Made by a program: the position numbers and the translations under genes
Shown: piece by piece, positions 42,644-53,391 of the stretch
Layout: the number at the start of each line of letters is the position of its first letter
Position numbering within the stretch: position 1 is the stretch's first letter
Virus record (IMG/VR): IMGVR_UViG_3300020472_001862
Span: 32,001-96,000 of that record
From: a virus
Reading direction: 5' to 3' (one strand)
Length of the DNA: 64,000 nucleotides
Notes under the pieces: generated by a model
What the model saw: only the letters and a program-made list of their open reading frames with translations
Told to the model about the DNA's origin: nothing
The model's database searches: none

Positions 42644-43927
42644 ATGCCAACACAAGTACAATTTAGGAGAGGGACGACTACACAGAACGAATCCTTTACT
42701 GGTGCGGTAGGTGAACTTTCCGTAGATACTACGCTAGATACAGTTCGAGTACATGATGGTTCAACGGCAGGCGGTATAAGGCTAGCAAAATATTCTGAGA
42801 TACAATCAGGGGATATTACAGCAGTCGTAGCAGGCACAGGACTATCAGGAGGAGCTACTAGCGGAAGTGCTACAGTAAACTTATCACACTTAGGCTTAGA
42901 AAGCCTTTCAGACCCAAATGATGATCAGATAATATTTTGGGATGACTCAGCAGGAGCAACTGCATTTTTAGATTTAGGCACAGGTTTGTCTATATCAGGA
43001 ACAACAATTTCTGTAGGAACACTTAACCAAGATACTACAGGAAACGCAGCTACGGCAACAGCATTAGAAACAGCTAGGACTATAGGTGGTACATCATTTG
43101 ATGGTACTGCAAATATAGCAGTTGCATTAGCAGCAACAGCTACAACATTAGCAACAGCAAGAACAATAAACGGTGTAAGTTTTGATGGTAGTGCAAATGT
43201 AACTACATTAACAGCAGGCACAGGTGTTTCAGTTTCAGGCACAGCAGTTTCAATAGGACAAGCAGTAGCAACATCAGATGATGTTACATTTGCAGATGTA
43301 GCAGCAACAGGTAATGTTACTATTACAGGTAACTTAGATGTAAATGGAACAACTACAACCTTAGATTCAACTAACTCTACTATTGCAGATAGACTAATTG
43401 AATTAGGAAACGGAACAACAGGAACACCAGCAAACGATATGGGTCTGGTCTTTGAAAGAGGATCTTCAGACAATGCGTTTATTGGTTGGGACGAAAGTGC
43501 AGATAAATTCCTAGTAGGTACTGGCTCATTTACAGGTGCAAGTACAGGAGATTTAACAGTTACCACAGGAACACTTGTAGCAAACTTAGAAGGTAATGTT
43601 ACAGGTAATGTTACAGGTAACACAAGTGGAAGTTCAGGTTCATGTACAGGGAACGCAGCAACAGCTTCGGCACTTGCAACAGCAAGAACTTTATCGTTTA
43701 CAGGAGATGTTACAGGTACAGGAGACTTTGATGGCTCAGGTAACTTAGCAACTGCATTAACTATAGCAGCAAATAGTGTTGCATTAGGTACAGATACAAC
43801 AGGGAATTATATGGCACAAGTAAGTGGTGGAGATGGTATTACTATTTCTCACACGCAGAGCGAAGGCTCAACGGCTACAATTACTGGCACAGCAATATAT
43901 GATTCAAGTGGAACTAAATTAAATTAA
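42644..43927 (+). CDS. Tail fibre protein
   Basis: VQFRRGTT N-terminal domain, repeated GNAATA.AL.TARTI…FDG, WDESADKF. Confidence 0.82.
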   Translation: MPTQVQFRRGTTTQNESFTGAVGELSVDTTLDTVRVHDGSTAGGIRLAKYSEIQSGDITAVVAGTGLSGGATSGSATVNLSHLGLESLSDPNDDQIIFWDDSAGATAFLDLGTGLSISGTTISVGTLNQDTTGNAATATALETARTIGGTSFDGTANIAVALAATATTLATARTINGVSFDGSANVTTLTAGTGVSVSGTAVSIGQAVATSDDVTFADVAATGNVTITGNLDVNGTTTTLDSTNSTIADRLIELGNGTTGTPANDMGLVFERGSSDNAFIGWDESADKFLVGTGSFTGASTGDLTVTTGTLVANLEGNVTGNVTGNTSGSSGSCTGNAATASALATARTLSFTGDVTGTGDFDGSGNLATALTIAANSVALGTDTTGNYMAQVSGGDGITISHTQSEGSTATITGTAIYDSSGTKLN

Positions 43928-43939
43928 GGGTAGACGCAG

Positions 43940-44917
43940 ATGGCTTTAGCAAGTAGAACAGATTTACAGGATTATTGTTTAAGGAGACTTGGACACCCTG
44001 TAATTGAAATTAATGTTGACGATGCTCAACTCTCAGATCGTATAGACGATTCTTTGCAGTTCTTTCAAGAGTATCATTTCGATGGTGTTGAAAAGACATT
44101 CGTTAAACATCAAATTACAGGCTCCAAACTAAAGCTAACTGCTAACCTTGGTGGTAATTTTACAAAGGGAGAAACTTTAACAGGAGGAACTTCCGGTGCA
44201 ACTGCTCTATTTGATTCAACAGATTCAACAGCACAGTTTTTACTTATAGAACAAATTAAATCAGGAACCTTTGTAGCATCAGAAACAGTAACAGGTAATA
44301 TATCAGGAGCAACAGCAACATTAGGAGCAACAGATTTTTATACTAAAGGTGATATTGAAAACGGCTATTTGCCAATAAGTAACAATATCATAGGTATAAC
44401 CCGTGTCTTTAATTTTGGTGGAGCAGCTACAAACAATACAAAAGACGGACAACTGTTTGATCTAATGTATCAGTTTAGAATGAACGATCTATATAACTTA
44501 ATGGGAGCAGACATGATATATTATTCAGTCGTACAATCTCATTTAACAACATTGGAACAACTACTAGTAGGACAACGACAAATTCGTTGGAATAGAAAAA
44601 CAGACAGACTTTATATAGATACTGATTGGGATAAAACATACAATATAGGCGACTATGTAGTAGCAGAAGCTTATGCTATCCTTGATCCTTCTACATATAC
44701 AGAAGTTTATGATGATATGTTCCTAAAGAAATATACAACAGCATTATTTAAAAAACAATGGGGCGATAATCTGAAGAAATTTGCAGGTATTCAAATGCCA
44801 GGTGGTGTGACTTTAAACGGAGAAACCATTTATAACGAGGCAGTACAAGAGATACAAGCAATTGAACAGGAGATGCAACTTAAATACGAATTACCTCCTC
44901 AATTTATGATAGGTTAA
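43940..44917 (+). CDS. gp13: Neck protein
   Basis: YCLRRLG.PVIEINVD..Q..DRID, K.QWG.NL.KF.G.Q.PGGVTLNG. Confidence 0.95.
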   Translation: MALASRTDLQDYCLRRLGHPVIEINVDDAQLSDRIDDSLQFFQEYHFDGVEKTFVKHQITGSKLKLTANLGGNFTKGETLTGGTSGATALFDSTDSTAQFLLIEQIKSGTFVASETVTGNISGATATLGATDFYTKGDIENGYLPISNNIIGITRVFNFGGAATNNTKDGQLFDLMYQFRMNDLYNLMGADMIYYSVVQSHLTTLEQLLVGQRQIRWNRKTDRLYIDTDWDKTYNIGDYVVAEAYAILDPSTYTEVYDDMFLKKYTTALFKKQWGDNLKKFAGIQMPGGVTLNGETIYNEAVQEIQAIEQEMQLKYELPPQFMIG

Positions 44918-44921
44918 ACAC

Positions 44922-45671
44922 ATGGCCACAAATTTTTATTTCCAAAATGGCGGTGGTATAGGACAAACAGGCGAACAGCGCCTAATAGAAGATCTTATAA
45001 TCGAAAGTCTTAAAATATACGGACACGATACTTACTACTTGCCTAGAACAATAGTTAACAAAGATGACATCTTTGATGAGGACTCATTGTCTAGGTTCAC
45101 CCAAGCATATCCTTTAGAAATGTACTTAGAAAATGTACAAGGGTTTGAAGGCCAAGGAGATATATTTACAAGATTTGGAATGGAAGTTAGAGATCAAGCA
45201 ACTTTCGTACTAGCAAAAAGACGATGGGAGGACATGGTTACAAGGCAAGGTCCTGATGTAGCAAGGAAAGCCAGACCAGTAGAAGGAGATTTAATTTACT
45301 TTGAAAAAACTAAATCTTTATTCGAGATTAAATATGTAGATTTCCAAAATCCATTCTATCAGGCAAATAACATTTATGTATTTAAATTAACTTGTGAATT
45401 GTTCGAGTATAGTTCAGAGGATTTAGATACAGGTATTGCAACAATAGATGCAATAGAAACAAAATACTCTCAAGATATGTTGGAGTATCAATTTAAGAAA
45501 GAAGATGGTGGATTGTTCCTTAAGGAAGATGGCGGTAGTTTAATTACAGAAGCTTATCAAACAAGTGTATCAGAACCAATAGATAACGCAGACTTTGATA
45601 ACTTATTAACATTAGAAGGCATACTAGACTTTAGCGAATCTAATCCGTTTGGTGAGATAGGAGGCTCGTAA
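44922..45671 (+). CDS. gp14: Neck protein
   Basis: EQ.L.EDLI.ES..IYG, P.EGDLIY, LFEYS.E, DFSE.NPFG. Confidence 0.95.
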   Translation: MATNFYFQNGGGIGQTGEQRLIEDLIIESLKIYGHDTYYLPRTIVNKDDIFDEDSLSRFTQAYPLEMYLENVQGFEGQGDIFTRFGMEVRDQATFVLAKRRWEDMVTRQGPDVARKARPVEGDLIYFEKTKSLFEIKYVDFQNPFYQANNIYVFKLTCELFEYSSEDLDTGIATIDAIETKYSQDMLEYQFKKEDGGLFLKEDGGSLITEAYQTSVSEPIDNADFDNLLTLEGILDFSESNPFGEIGGS

Positions 45672-46465
45672 TGTTTAGAGATAAGACATTCTATCATAGT
45701 CATGTAAGGAAAGCTATTATAGCTTTTGGTACAATATTCAATGATATAAACATAGAAAGAAAGAATTCATCGGGTGCAGTAGCACAAACATTAAGAGTGC
45801 CTTTAGCGTACTCTACAAAACAAAAGTTTTTAACTAGGATTGCCAGAGTAGCAGATACAAGTACTAGAGGAGAAGTAGCTCTTACTTTACCTAGAATGGG
45901 GTTTGAAATAAATGGTTTAAACTACGACCCAGGCAGGAAGGTAGCTCCTATAAATAGAACGAGAGTAGTAGGAGAAGGAGATGATACTAATACAGTTAGA
46001 TCTGTGTTTGCTTCTGCTCCGTGGAACATGGATTTAGCATTATATATATTTGCGAAGAACCAAAATGATGGATTAAATATAATAGAACAAATACTTCCTT
46101 ATTTTAATCCTGACTTTAATGTAACAATAAACGATCTCCCAGAAGTGGGAATTAAAAGAGATTTAAAAATAACTTTAGATAATGTTAATTATGAAGACGA
46201 ATATGAAGGCGAGTATGCGAACAGGATTAGTGTAATATGGACATTAAATTTTACTATGAGGCTTAATTTTTACAGTCATGTAGCAAATGTAGATGTTATT
46301 AAACAGGCAGTAATAGATGCTTATAGTGATCCTAACTTATCCTTAGATAAAGTAGCACTCTCAGCAGGAAGAGCAAGGGTTAAAGCAACTGTTGATCCTC
46401 AATCTGCAACACCAGCCGATGAATATAAGTTCTTGGAGGAATTTGATGAAGCGTTCGAAACATAG
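45671..46465 (+). CDS. gp15: Tail sheath stabiliser / completion protein
   Basis: FYH…RK.IIAFGT.FN, VPLAY, LPRMGFE, IEQILPYF.P. Confidence 0.95.
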   Translation: MFRDKTFYHSHVRKAIIAFGTIFNDINIERKNSSGAVAQTLRVPLAYSTKQKFLTRIARVADTSTRGEVALTLPRMGFEINGLNYDPGRKVAPINRTRVVGEGDDTNTVRSVFASAPWNMDLALYIFAKNQNDGLNIIEQILPYFNPDFNVTINDLPEVGIKRDLKITLDNVNYEDEYEGEYANRISVIWTLNFTMRLNFYSHVANVDVIKQAVIDAYSDPNLSLDKVALSAGRARVKATVDPQSATPADEYKFLEEFDEAFET

Positions 46466-46952
46466 CGGTTTTGAAGAATTAGATAAAAGTTTTAATACAA
46501 AAGAAATTACAAAAGCTTTAGAAACTAATTTAAGAAAAACTGAAGAAGAGAGACAACTCCCAGCAGTAGACATGTCAGAAGAAGAAAAAGATGCTCTACA
46601 TGCCAAACAACAAGAAGAAGACTTACAATACGCTAGAATGATGCTAAAACAAGCAGAGGCATTTAATGCTGAGGCAATAGAAGGCATATTACATATAGCA
46701 AGAAACTCAGACCAGCCTAGAGCATACGAAGTAGCAGGTGGATTAATTAAAAATCTACAGGATAATGCTAAAGACATGTTAGATGTACATGAAAAACAGA
46801 AAAGAATAACAGCAGATGACTCTAAAGGCAAACAAATTAAAACACAAAACAATATGTTCGTAGGTAGCACAAAAGATTTACTACAAGCATTAAAAGGCGA
46901 ACAAGCTAAAACAATAGAAGGCGAAATAGCAGAAGACGATGGCACGACCTGA
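46446..46952 (+). CDS. gp16: Terminase small subunit
   Basis: PRAYEVAG.LIK and NNMFVGST.DL; precedes gp17. Confidence 0.92.
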   Translation: MKRSKHSGFEELDKSFNTKEITKALETNLRKTEEERQLPAVDMSEEEKDALHAKQQEEDLQYARMMLKQAEAFNAEAIEGILHIARNSDQPRAYEVAGGLIKNLQDNAKDMLDVHEKQKRITADDSKGKQIKTQNNMFVGSTKDLLQALKGEQAKTIEGEIAEDDGTT

Positions 46953-48600
46953 AGAAGTCTCATATCACGGTAATCCTAATCTTAAACCATTAGCATATCA
47001 GCACGATTTTACTAAAGAAGAAATTGCAGAGTATGTTAAATGTCAAAAAGATCCTAAGTATTTTATAGAAAACTATGTAAAGATTGTTACACTAGACAGA
47101 GGATTACAACCTTTTAAATTATTTGATTGTCAGAAAGGCAAAGTAGATCTCATAATGAATGAGAGAAAAGTAATTTTAATGGAAGGTAGACAGCAAGGTA
47201 AAACAGTAACAGCAGCTGCGTGTATATTACATTATACAATATTCCAAGAAGATAAGACAGTAGCTATAATGGCTAACAAAGCCTCAGCAGCGAGGGAAGT
47301 ATTAAACAGATACCAGATAATGTATGAGAATTTACCTTTGTGGATGCAACAAGGTGTTAGAGTATGGAATAAGGGTGATGTAGAATTAGAAAACAATAGT
47401 AAAGTACTCTCAGCAGCTACAACAGCATCCGCCATTCGAGGTAAATCAGTTAACTGGTTGTACATTGATGAGGCAGCAATCATACCTAACAACATAGCAG
47501 ACGAGTTCTTTACATCTGTTTATCCTACTATCTCAGCTGGTGAGACAACAAAGATTCTACTTACATCTACACCATTAGGCTACAATCACTTCTGGAAATT
47601 CTGGAATGAGGCAGAGAAAAAAGAAAACGGTTTTGAACACATGTTTATACCTTACTATGAGATACCAGGAAGAGATGAGAAGTGGTTAGAAGAACAAAAA
47701 GGACTCTTAGGTGAGGTAAAATTCAACCAAGAGGTAATGTGCGAGTTTCTAGGTTCAACAAATACTTTAATAAATGCTACAACAATTGGTAGATTAAGTA
47801 GTAAACCAGTAGAGTTTACAAATAATGGACTAGATATATATGAGAATCCTAAAGAAGGACATTACTACGCAATGGCATGTGATACTGCCAGAGGTATTGG
47901 TGGAGATTATTCTGCTTTTGTAGTCGTAGATATAACACAAATGCCTTATAAGGTTGTGGCAAAGTATAGAGACAACTCAATAGCCCCTATGTTATTTCCA
48001 GATGTAATTGGAAAGGTTGGTAGGGACTATAATAATGCTTTTATATTAGTAGAAGTAAACGATATAGGACAACAGGTAGTAGAAATACTACATCAAGAAG
48101 TAGAATATGAGAACATATTAAGCACAGTACAAGAACAAAACAGACAATATGTAAGTCCTGGCTTTGGTAAAGCAACAAAGTTAGGTGTAACTACTTCTAA
48201 ACAAGTTAAAAGACAAGGGTGTTTTACATTTAAGTCTTTACTAGAAGAACAAAAATTATTGATATTTGATGAACATATAATACATGAGATATCAACTTTT
48301 ATTGAGAAAGGCAATACATATCAAGCAGACGAAGGTTATCATGATGACTTAGTCATGTGTATGGTATTGTTTGGGTGGCTTACAAGTCAAAACTTCTTTA
48401 AGGATATGACAGATGTCAATGTTAGAGAAGGATTATATGGACAACAGATGGGAGAGATTGAAACTAATCTTACTCCATTTATTAAAATAGATGGCTCAGA
48501 GCCCGAAGTAGAAGTTATAGGAGATGATGTCTGGTTATTAGAAGATGAGTATAATCCAGGCAACTTGCAGAAGAAATTAAGAGATTTAATAAATAGATAA
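46939..48600 (+). CDS. gp17: Terminase large subunit
   Basis: Y.GNPNLK, Walker A RQQGKT, Walker B YIDEAA, STP.G.NHF, HDDLVM. Confidence 0.98.
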   Translation: MARPEEVSYHGNPNLKPLAYQHDFTKEEIAEYVKCQKDPKYFIENYVKIVTLDRGLQPFKLFDCQKGKVDLIMNERKVILMEGRQQGKTVTAAACILHYTIFQEDKTVAIMANKASAAREVLNRYQIMYENLPLWMQQGVRVWNKGDVELENNSKVLSAATTASAIRGKSVNWLYIDEAAIIPNNIADEFFTSVYPTISAGETTKILLTSTPLGYNHFWKFWNEAEKKENGFEHMFIPYYEIPGRDEKWLEEQKGLLGEVKFNQEVMCEFLGSTNTLINATTIGRLSSKPVEFTNNGLDIYENPKEGHYYAMACDTARGIGGDYSAFVVVDITQMPYKVVAKYRDNSIAPMLFPDVIGKVGRDYNNAFILVEVNDIGQQVVEILHQEVEYENILSTVQEQNRQYVSPGFGKATKLGVTTSKQVKRQGCFTFKSLLEEQKLLIFDEHIIHEISTFIEKGNTYQADEGYHDDLVMCMVLFGWLTSQNFFKDMTDVNVREGLYGQQMGEIETNLTPFIKIDGSEPEVEVIGDDVWLLEDEYNPGNLQKKLRDLINR

Positions 48601-48656
48601 TGTATTTACAATAAGAATGTCGTATTTACAAAATTGTAAGTCTAACTTTTGTCATG

Positions 48657-48664
48657 TATAAATA
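48657..48664 (+). promoter_or_regulatory. T4 late promoter for gp18
   Basis: Intergenic exact TATAAATA. Confidence 0.85.
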
Positions 48665-48723
48665 GTAGGATGATAATAAAAACTTGTGTCATTCATAAGA
48701 TAATATAAACCGAGGAGAAAAAC

Positions 48724-50637
48724 ATGGCATTTCAGCTATCACCAGGTGTTCTTGTTAAGGAAACAGATCTTACTTCTGTTATTCCAGCAGTAGCTACTTC
48801 TATAGGAGCTTTTGTTGGTAATTTCAGATGGGGACCTGCCGGCGAGATCACAACAATTAGTACAGAAAACGAACTTGCAGCCAAGTTCGGACAGCCAGAT
48901 GACGCTACAGCAGTTGACTTTTTAACAGCAGCTTCATTCTTGGCCTATGGTAATAACCTTCAATTAGTTAGAGCTATTGACGATACAACAGCAGTTAATG
49001 CTGTAGCATCTGGCTCAGCGACACTAATTAAAAATGCAGAAGATTACGCATTAAACCATTCAACCGGTTCCGGTTCAAATGGTATGTGGGCAGCTAAATA
49101 TCCTGGCGTCTTAGGTAACTCACTTAAGGTTGCATTCGCAGATTCTAGTAATTTCGACACTAATTCAGTGGCGTCTACTACTATAACAGCAGGCGGAACA
49201 GGTTATACAAGCGCACCTACAGTTGCATTTACTGCACCTGGTTCAGGTGTTACTGCTACAGGTACTGCTACAATAAGTGGCGGAGCTGTTACAGCAATCA
49301 CTATTACAAACCCAGGTAATGGTTACACCAGCGCACCAACAATTTCATTCAGTGGCGGTGGAGGTTCTGGAGCAACAGCTACAGCAACACTAGCAACTGA
49401 TTGGGCATATAAAAATGAATTTGATAGAGCACCACTTACTTCTACAAAGGTAGCAATACAAGGCGGTTCAAACGACGAACTTCACATTGTTGTTATTGAC
49501 GAAGATGGAGCAATTTCAGGCGTAGTTAATACAGTCCTAGAAAGATTCTCTCATGTGTCTAAAGCATCAGATGCTAGAGGACTAGAAGGTGGTTCAATAT
49601 TCTACAAAGATGTAATTAACAATCAGTCACAGTATGTTTACTGGACAGATCATCCAGCAGGAGACGCTACTTGGGGAACAGCAGGTAACGCAACAGCATT
49701 TACATCAGGATTCACAACAGCAGAAGCAACAATTAGCCTTTCAGGTGGTGTTGATGACGCACCTGACTCAGGTGACTTACAAACAGCTTGGAGCTTGTTT
49801 GCAGATGCAGAACAAACAGACGTAAACCTTCTTATAACTGGAGCATTGAATACTACAGACCAAAAGTATGTACAAGATAACATTGCTAAAGTAAGAAAAG
49901 ATTGTGTTTCATTCCATTCACCAGTACTAGCCTCCGTTGTTAACAACTCAGGCTCAGAAGTATCATCCATTACTACAGATAAAGGGCAGTTAGCTGCTAC
50001 TTCATATAGTTTCATGGACGGCAACTGGAAATACATGTATGATCGTTATAACGATGTATACAGATGGGTTCCATTAAATGGAGACACAGCAGGTTTATGT
50101 GCAAGCACTGACGCAGAAGCAGATCCGTGGTTCTCACCAGCAGGATTTAACAGAGGACAGATTAGAAATGCTGTTAAACTAGCATGGAGTCCTACTAAAA
50201 CAAACAGAGACGAACTTTACAAAATTGGCGTAAACCCAATTATCAATAGCCCAGGAAATGGCATTGTATTGTTTGGAGACAAAACTCTATTAGCAGCACC
50301 TAGTGCGTTTGATAGAATTAATGTTCGTAGACTGTTCATTGTATTAGAGAAGGCAATTTCTACTTCAGCTAAATTCCAATTGTTTGAATTTAACGATGCT
50401 TTTACTAGGAATCAATTCACATCACTTGTTACACCTTTCTTAAGGAATGTACAAGGTAGACGTGGTATATTTGATTTTAAAGTAATATGTAACGAAAGTA
50501 ATAACACAGGACAAGTTATCGATAGCAACCAATTTGTTGCAGATATCTTCATTAAGCCTGCTCGTTCTATTAACTTTATTACATTAAACTTTATAGCTAC
50601 TAGAACAGACGTTAGTTTCGAAGAGATTGGCGGATAA
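48724..50637 (+). CDS. gp18: Tail sheath protein
   Basis: [40 protein letters not shown]. Confidence 0.98.
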   Translation: MAFQLSPGVLVKETDLTSVIPAVATSIGAFVGNFRWGPAGEITTISTENELAAKFGQPDDATAVDFLTAASFLAYGNNLQLVRAIDDTTAVNAVASGSATLIKNAEDYALNHSTGSGSNGMWAAKYPGVLGNSLKVAFADSSNFDTNSVASTTITAGGTGYTSAPTVAFTAPGSGVTATGTATISGGAVTAITITNPGNGYTSAPTISFSGGGGSGATATATLATDWAYKNEFDRAPLTSTKVAIQGGSNDELHIVVIDEDGAISGVVNTVLERFSHVSKASDARGLEGGSIFYKDVINNQSQYVYWTDHPAGDATWGTAGNATAFTSGFTTAEATISLSGGVDDAPDSGDLQTAWSLFADAEQTDVNLLITGALNTTDQKYVQDNIAKVRKDCVSFHSPVLASVVNNSGSEVSSITTDKGQLAATSYSFMDGNWKYMYDRYNDVYRWVPLNGDTAGLCASTDAEADPWFSPAGFNRGQIRNAVKLAWSPTKTNRDELYKIGVNPIINSPGNGIVLFGDKTLLAAPSAFDRINVRRLFIVLEKAISTSAKFQLFEFNDAFTRNQFTSLVTPFLRNVQGRRGIFDFKVICNESNNTGQVIDSNQFVADIFIKPARSINFITLNFIATRTDVSFEEIGG

Positions 50638-50639
50638 CT

Positions 50640-50647
50640 TATAAATA
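50640..50647 (+). promoter_or_regulatory. T4 late promoter for gp19
   Basis: Intergenic exact TATAAATA. Confidence 0.85.
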
Positions 50648-50671
50648 ACTATTAAGGAGTAGGAGAACAAC

Positions 50672-51184
50672 ATGCCTAATATAACAAATTTTAAAACAGC
50701 GTTAGCAAACGGCGGAGCTCGTCCTAACCAGTTTAAAGTTTTTATTCCATTTCCAACTGGAGAAGCGAATGAGAACGAACAACTGTTAGTTAGTGGAGCA
50801 GCTTTACCGGCTTCAACTGTTAATCCAGTGATTACACAGTATAGAGGTAGGGAAGTTAAGTTTGCAGGTGAAAGAATATTTGATCCGTGGACAATTACAA
50901 TTATTAATAACGAAAACCAAACTCTCAGAAGGTTATTTGAGGATTGGATGGAGTTAATTAATAATAAAGAGGATAACAGCGGCGAAACCGAATGGCTTCG
51001 TTACCAGCAGGATGTTATTGTTGAACATTTGGACAGGAACGATAAACCTTTAACCGGTGGTAAGTACAAATTGAAAGAGGCCTTCCCAATAAACATGTCA
51101 GAAATTGCATTACAGTATGCACAGAACGACATTATTGAAGAATTTACGGTTACATTTCAATATCAAACATACGAAGTCAGCTAG
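50672..51184 (+). CDS. gp19: Tail tube protein
   Basis: GGARPNQF.V, LPAS, RGR..K.AG.R.F.PW, IEEF.VTF.Y. Confidence 0.96.
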   Translation: MPNITNFKTALANGGARPNQFKVFIPFPTGEANENEQLLVSGAALPASTVNPVITQYRGREVKFAGERIFDPWTITIINNENQTLRRLFEDWMELINNKEDNSGETEWLRYQQDVIVEHLDRNDKPLTGGKYKLKEAFPINMSEIALQYAQNDIIEEFTVTFQYQTYEVS

Positions 51185-51215
51185 TTTTAGACTAGTGTAC
51201 AAGGATATATAAATT

Positions 51216-52811
51216 ATGGATTTATTTGGATTTGAGATCAAGCGGAAAGAGCAACCGAAGGGTGAAAAGTCCTTCGTTGCTCCATCCCAAGATGATGCTA
51301 TTGAAAGCATACGAGCTGGTGGGTATTATGGCACCTACATGGATTTGGAAGGTGTCGCTCACACAGAGTCGGAACTTATTAAAAGGTATCGAGACATTGC
51401 CGGAATGGCAGATGTTGATACAGCAGTAGAAGATATTATTAATGAATCAATAGCACAACTTGAGAATGAATCTCCCGTTGAACTCAACCTAGATGATGTA
51501 GATTTATCATCTGCAGTTAGGAAATCAATCCAAAAAGAATTTGAAGAGATTAAAAATCTCATGGACTTTAAAAATAGAGCCCAAGATTATTATAGACGAT
51601 GGTATATTGATGGCAAAATATTTTTTCACAAAGTCATCGATATGGAAAATCCTAAAGACGGGATCAAGGATATTAGATATATTGATCCAAGAAAAATTAG
51701 GAAAGTGCGTGAAGTTAAGAAGGAAAAGAATCCTTCTGGCGTAATGTTTGTTAAAGATGTAGAAGAGTTTTTTATCTATAATGATAAAGGAGTTACATCT
51801 AAACCAGGAGCTTATGTAGCACCTGAAAATCAGCAAGGGCTGAAGATAACAAAAGACGCCATAGCATACGCACCAAGTGGTTTGGTAGATCACGATAAGA
51901 ACATAGCACTATCGTATCTACATAAGGCTATTAGGCCTGCAAACCAACTAAGAATGATGGAGAATGCTGTTGTTATATATAGAATAACAAGAGCACCTGA
52001 AAGAAGGATATTTTATGTAGATGTTGGTAACTTGCCGAAGATGAAGGCAGAACAATATCTAAAAGACATCATGGATAGATATCGTAATAAATTAGTTTAC
52101 GATGCTAACACAGGTGAAATTAGAGATGATAAGAAGTTCATGTCTATGTTGGAAGACTTTTGGTTACCCAGAAGGGAAGGCGGAACAGGAACAAGTATTG
52201 ATACATTGCCAGCAGGTCAAAACCTAGGGCAGATAGAAGATGTAGAATACTTTCAAAGGAAATTATATCAGTCCTTGAATATTCCTGTATCGAGATTAGA
52301 ACAACAGGCTGGACTAAACTTTGGTAGAGCAGCTGAGATAAACCGAGACGAGATGAAGTTTACAAAATTCATCATCAAGTTAAGAAGGAAGTTCTCAGTT
52401 ATGTTAAGCGATCTTTTGAAGACGCAGCTCTTACTAAAAGGTGTTTTAACAGAAGACGATTGGCATGGAATCAAAGACGATATAGAATTTGAGTTTGCCA
52501 CAGATGCTTATTACACAGAGTCTAAGGAACAAGAAATTCTTAGAAGTAGAGTAGAAGTATTAAACGGTCTAGCAGCATATATAGGAACATTTTTTAGTAA
52601 GCGTTACATACAAAAGAATGTATTAATGTTAACGGACGAGGAAATAGATACAATCGAAACAGAAATTATGGCAGAGCCACAATATAGTAGACAGTATCAA
52701 TGGAGTCCATTACAAGCAAGTGATCCGGCACAACCGGCACCTGAAGGTAATATAAGTAATGATGTACCAGGAGAGGGTAACCCTGTACCTGGACCTGATA
52801 ATGGAGCATAA
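51216..52811 (+). CDS. gp20: Portal protein
   Basis: YRITRAPERRIFYVDVGN, EDFWLPRREGG.GT, LP.GQNLG. Confidence 0.98.
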   Translation: MDLFGFEIKRKEQPKGEKSFVAPSQDDAIESIRAGGYYGTYMDLEGVAHTESELIKRYRDIAGMADVDTAVEDIINESIAQLENESPVELNLDDVDLSSAVRKSIQKEFEEIKNLMDFKNRAQDYYRRWYIDGKIFFHKVIDMENPKDGIKDIRYIDPRKIRKVREVKKEKNPSGVMFVKDVEEFFIYNDKGVTSKPGAYVAPENQQGLKITKDAIAYAPSGLVDHDKNIALSYLHKAIRPANQLRMMENAVVIYRITRAPERRIFYVDVGNLPKMKAEQYLKDIMDRYRNKLVYDANTGEIRDDKKFMSMLEDFWLPRREGGTGTSIDTLPAGQNLGQIEDVEYFQRKLYQSLNIPVSRLEQQAGLNFGRAAEINRDEMKFTKFIIKLRRKFSVMLSDLLKTQLLLKGVLTEDDWHGIKDDIEFEFATDAYYTESKEQEILRSRVEVLNGLAAYIGTFFSKRYIQKNVLMLTDEEIDTIETEIMAEPQYSRQYQWSPLQASDPAQPAPEGNISNDVPGEGNPVPGPDNGA

Positions 52812-52812
52812 T

Positions 52813-53094
52813 ATGGCAGAAACAGACAGAACACAAGAAGTTAATGATTTGGTGAATGACATCGTAGCAGGTAATACTGCAGATGCGCAACAAAAATTTA
52901 ACGATCAGATGACAGCCCGAGCACAAGAGGCGTTAGACGATCAAAAGGCAGGAGTAGCAGCAGACATATATAATAAACATGTTGTAGATCCTGACATGGA
53001 ACCACAAGGTGTAGCATTAGATGATGCACTTGTGGATATAGATCAAACAACAGGCATGCCTGTAGAAGGAGAAACAAATGGCGAAGACATTTAA
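52813..53094 (+). CDS. Prohead core protein (gp67-like)
   Basis: Small acidic ORF directly after the portal gene; GGAG SD. Confidence 0.6.
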   Translation: MAETDRTQEVNDLVNDIVAGNTADAQQKFNDQMTARAQEALDDQKAGVAADIYNKHVVDPDMEPQGVALDDALVDIDQTTGMPVEGETNGEDI

Positions 53095-53371
53095 AAATTT
53101 TAGAGCAGGAATTATTACCGAAAGTCCTGTTGACGGTGTAGCTAAAGGCTCACTGGATGGTGATAAGCACATGTGCGCTAGTAAAATAATGCACAAGGAA
53201 TGGAAAGAGGGTACACCTATTATTGGTGAACACGCAGAGCCAGTAGATGGTGAAGTATCCTGGTATAAAGTAATGTTTGAACACGGTATAGAAACAGTTG
53301 AAGTGAATGATCCTAATGTAGAAGTTATAGAAGAAGCTTCTCACATGAACCATAAGAAAAAATCATATTAA
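53078..53371 (+). CDS. Hypothetical head-module protein
   Basis: 97-aa ORF with AGGAG SD, between portal and protease. Confidence 0.7.
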   Translation: MAKTFKNFRAGIITESPVDGVAKGSLDGDKHMCASKIMHKEWKEGTPIIGEHAEPVDGEVSWYKVMFEHGIETVEVNDPNVEVIEEASHMNHKKKSY

Positions 53372-53391
53372 TTTAATTAAAAGGAAATCAC

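Noticed and set aside
40472-43623. Long minus-strand ORFs opposite the fibre genes
   Set aside because: Shadows of Thr/Ala/Gly-rich coding sequence.
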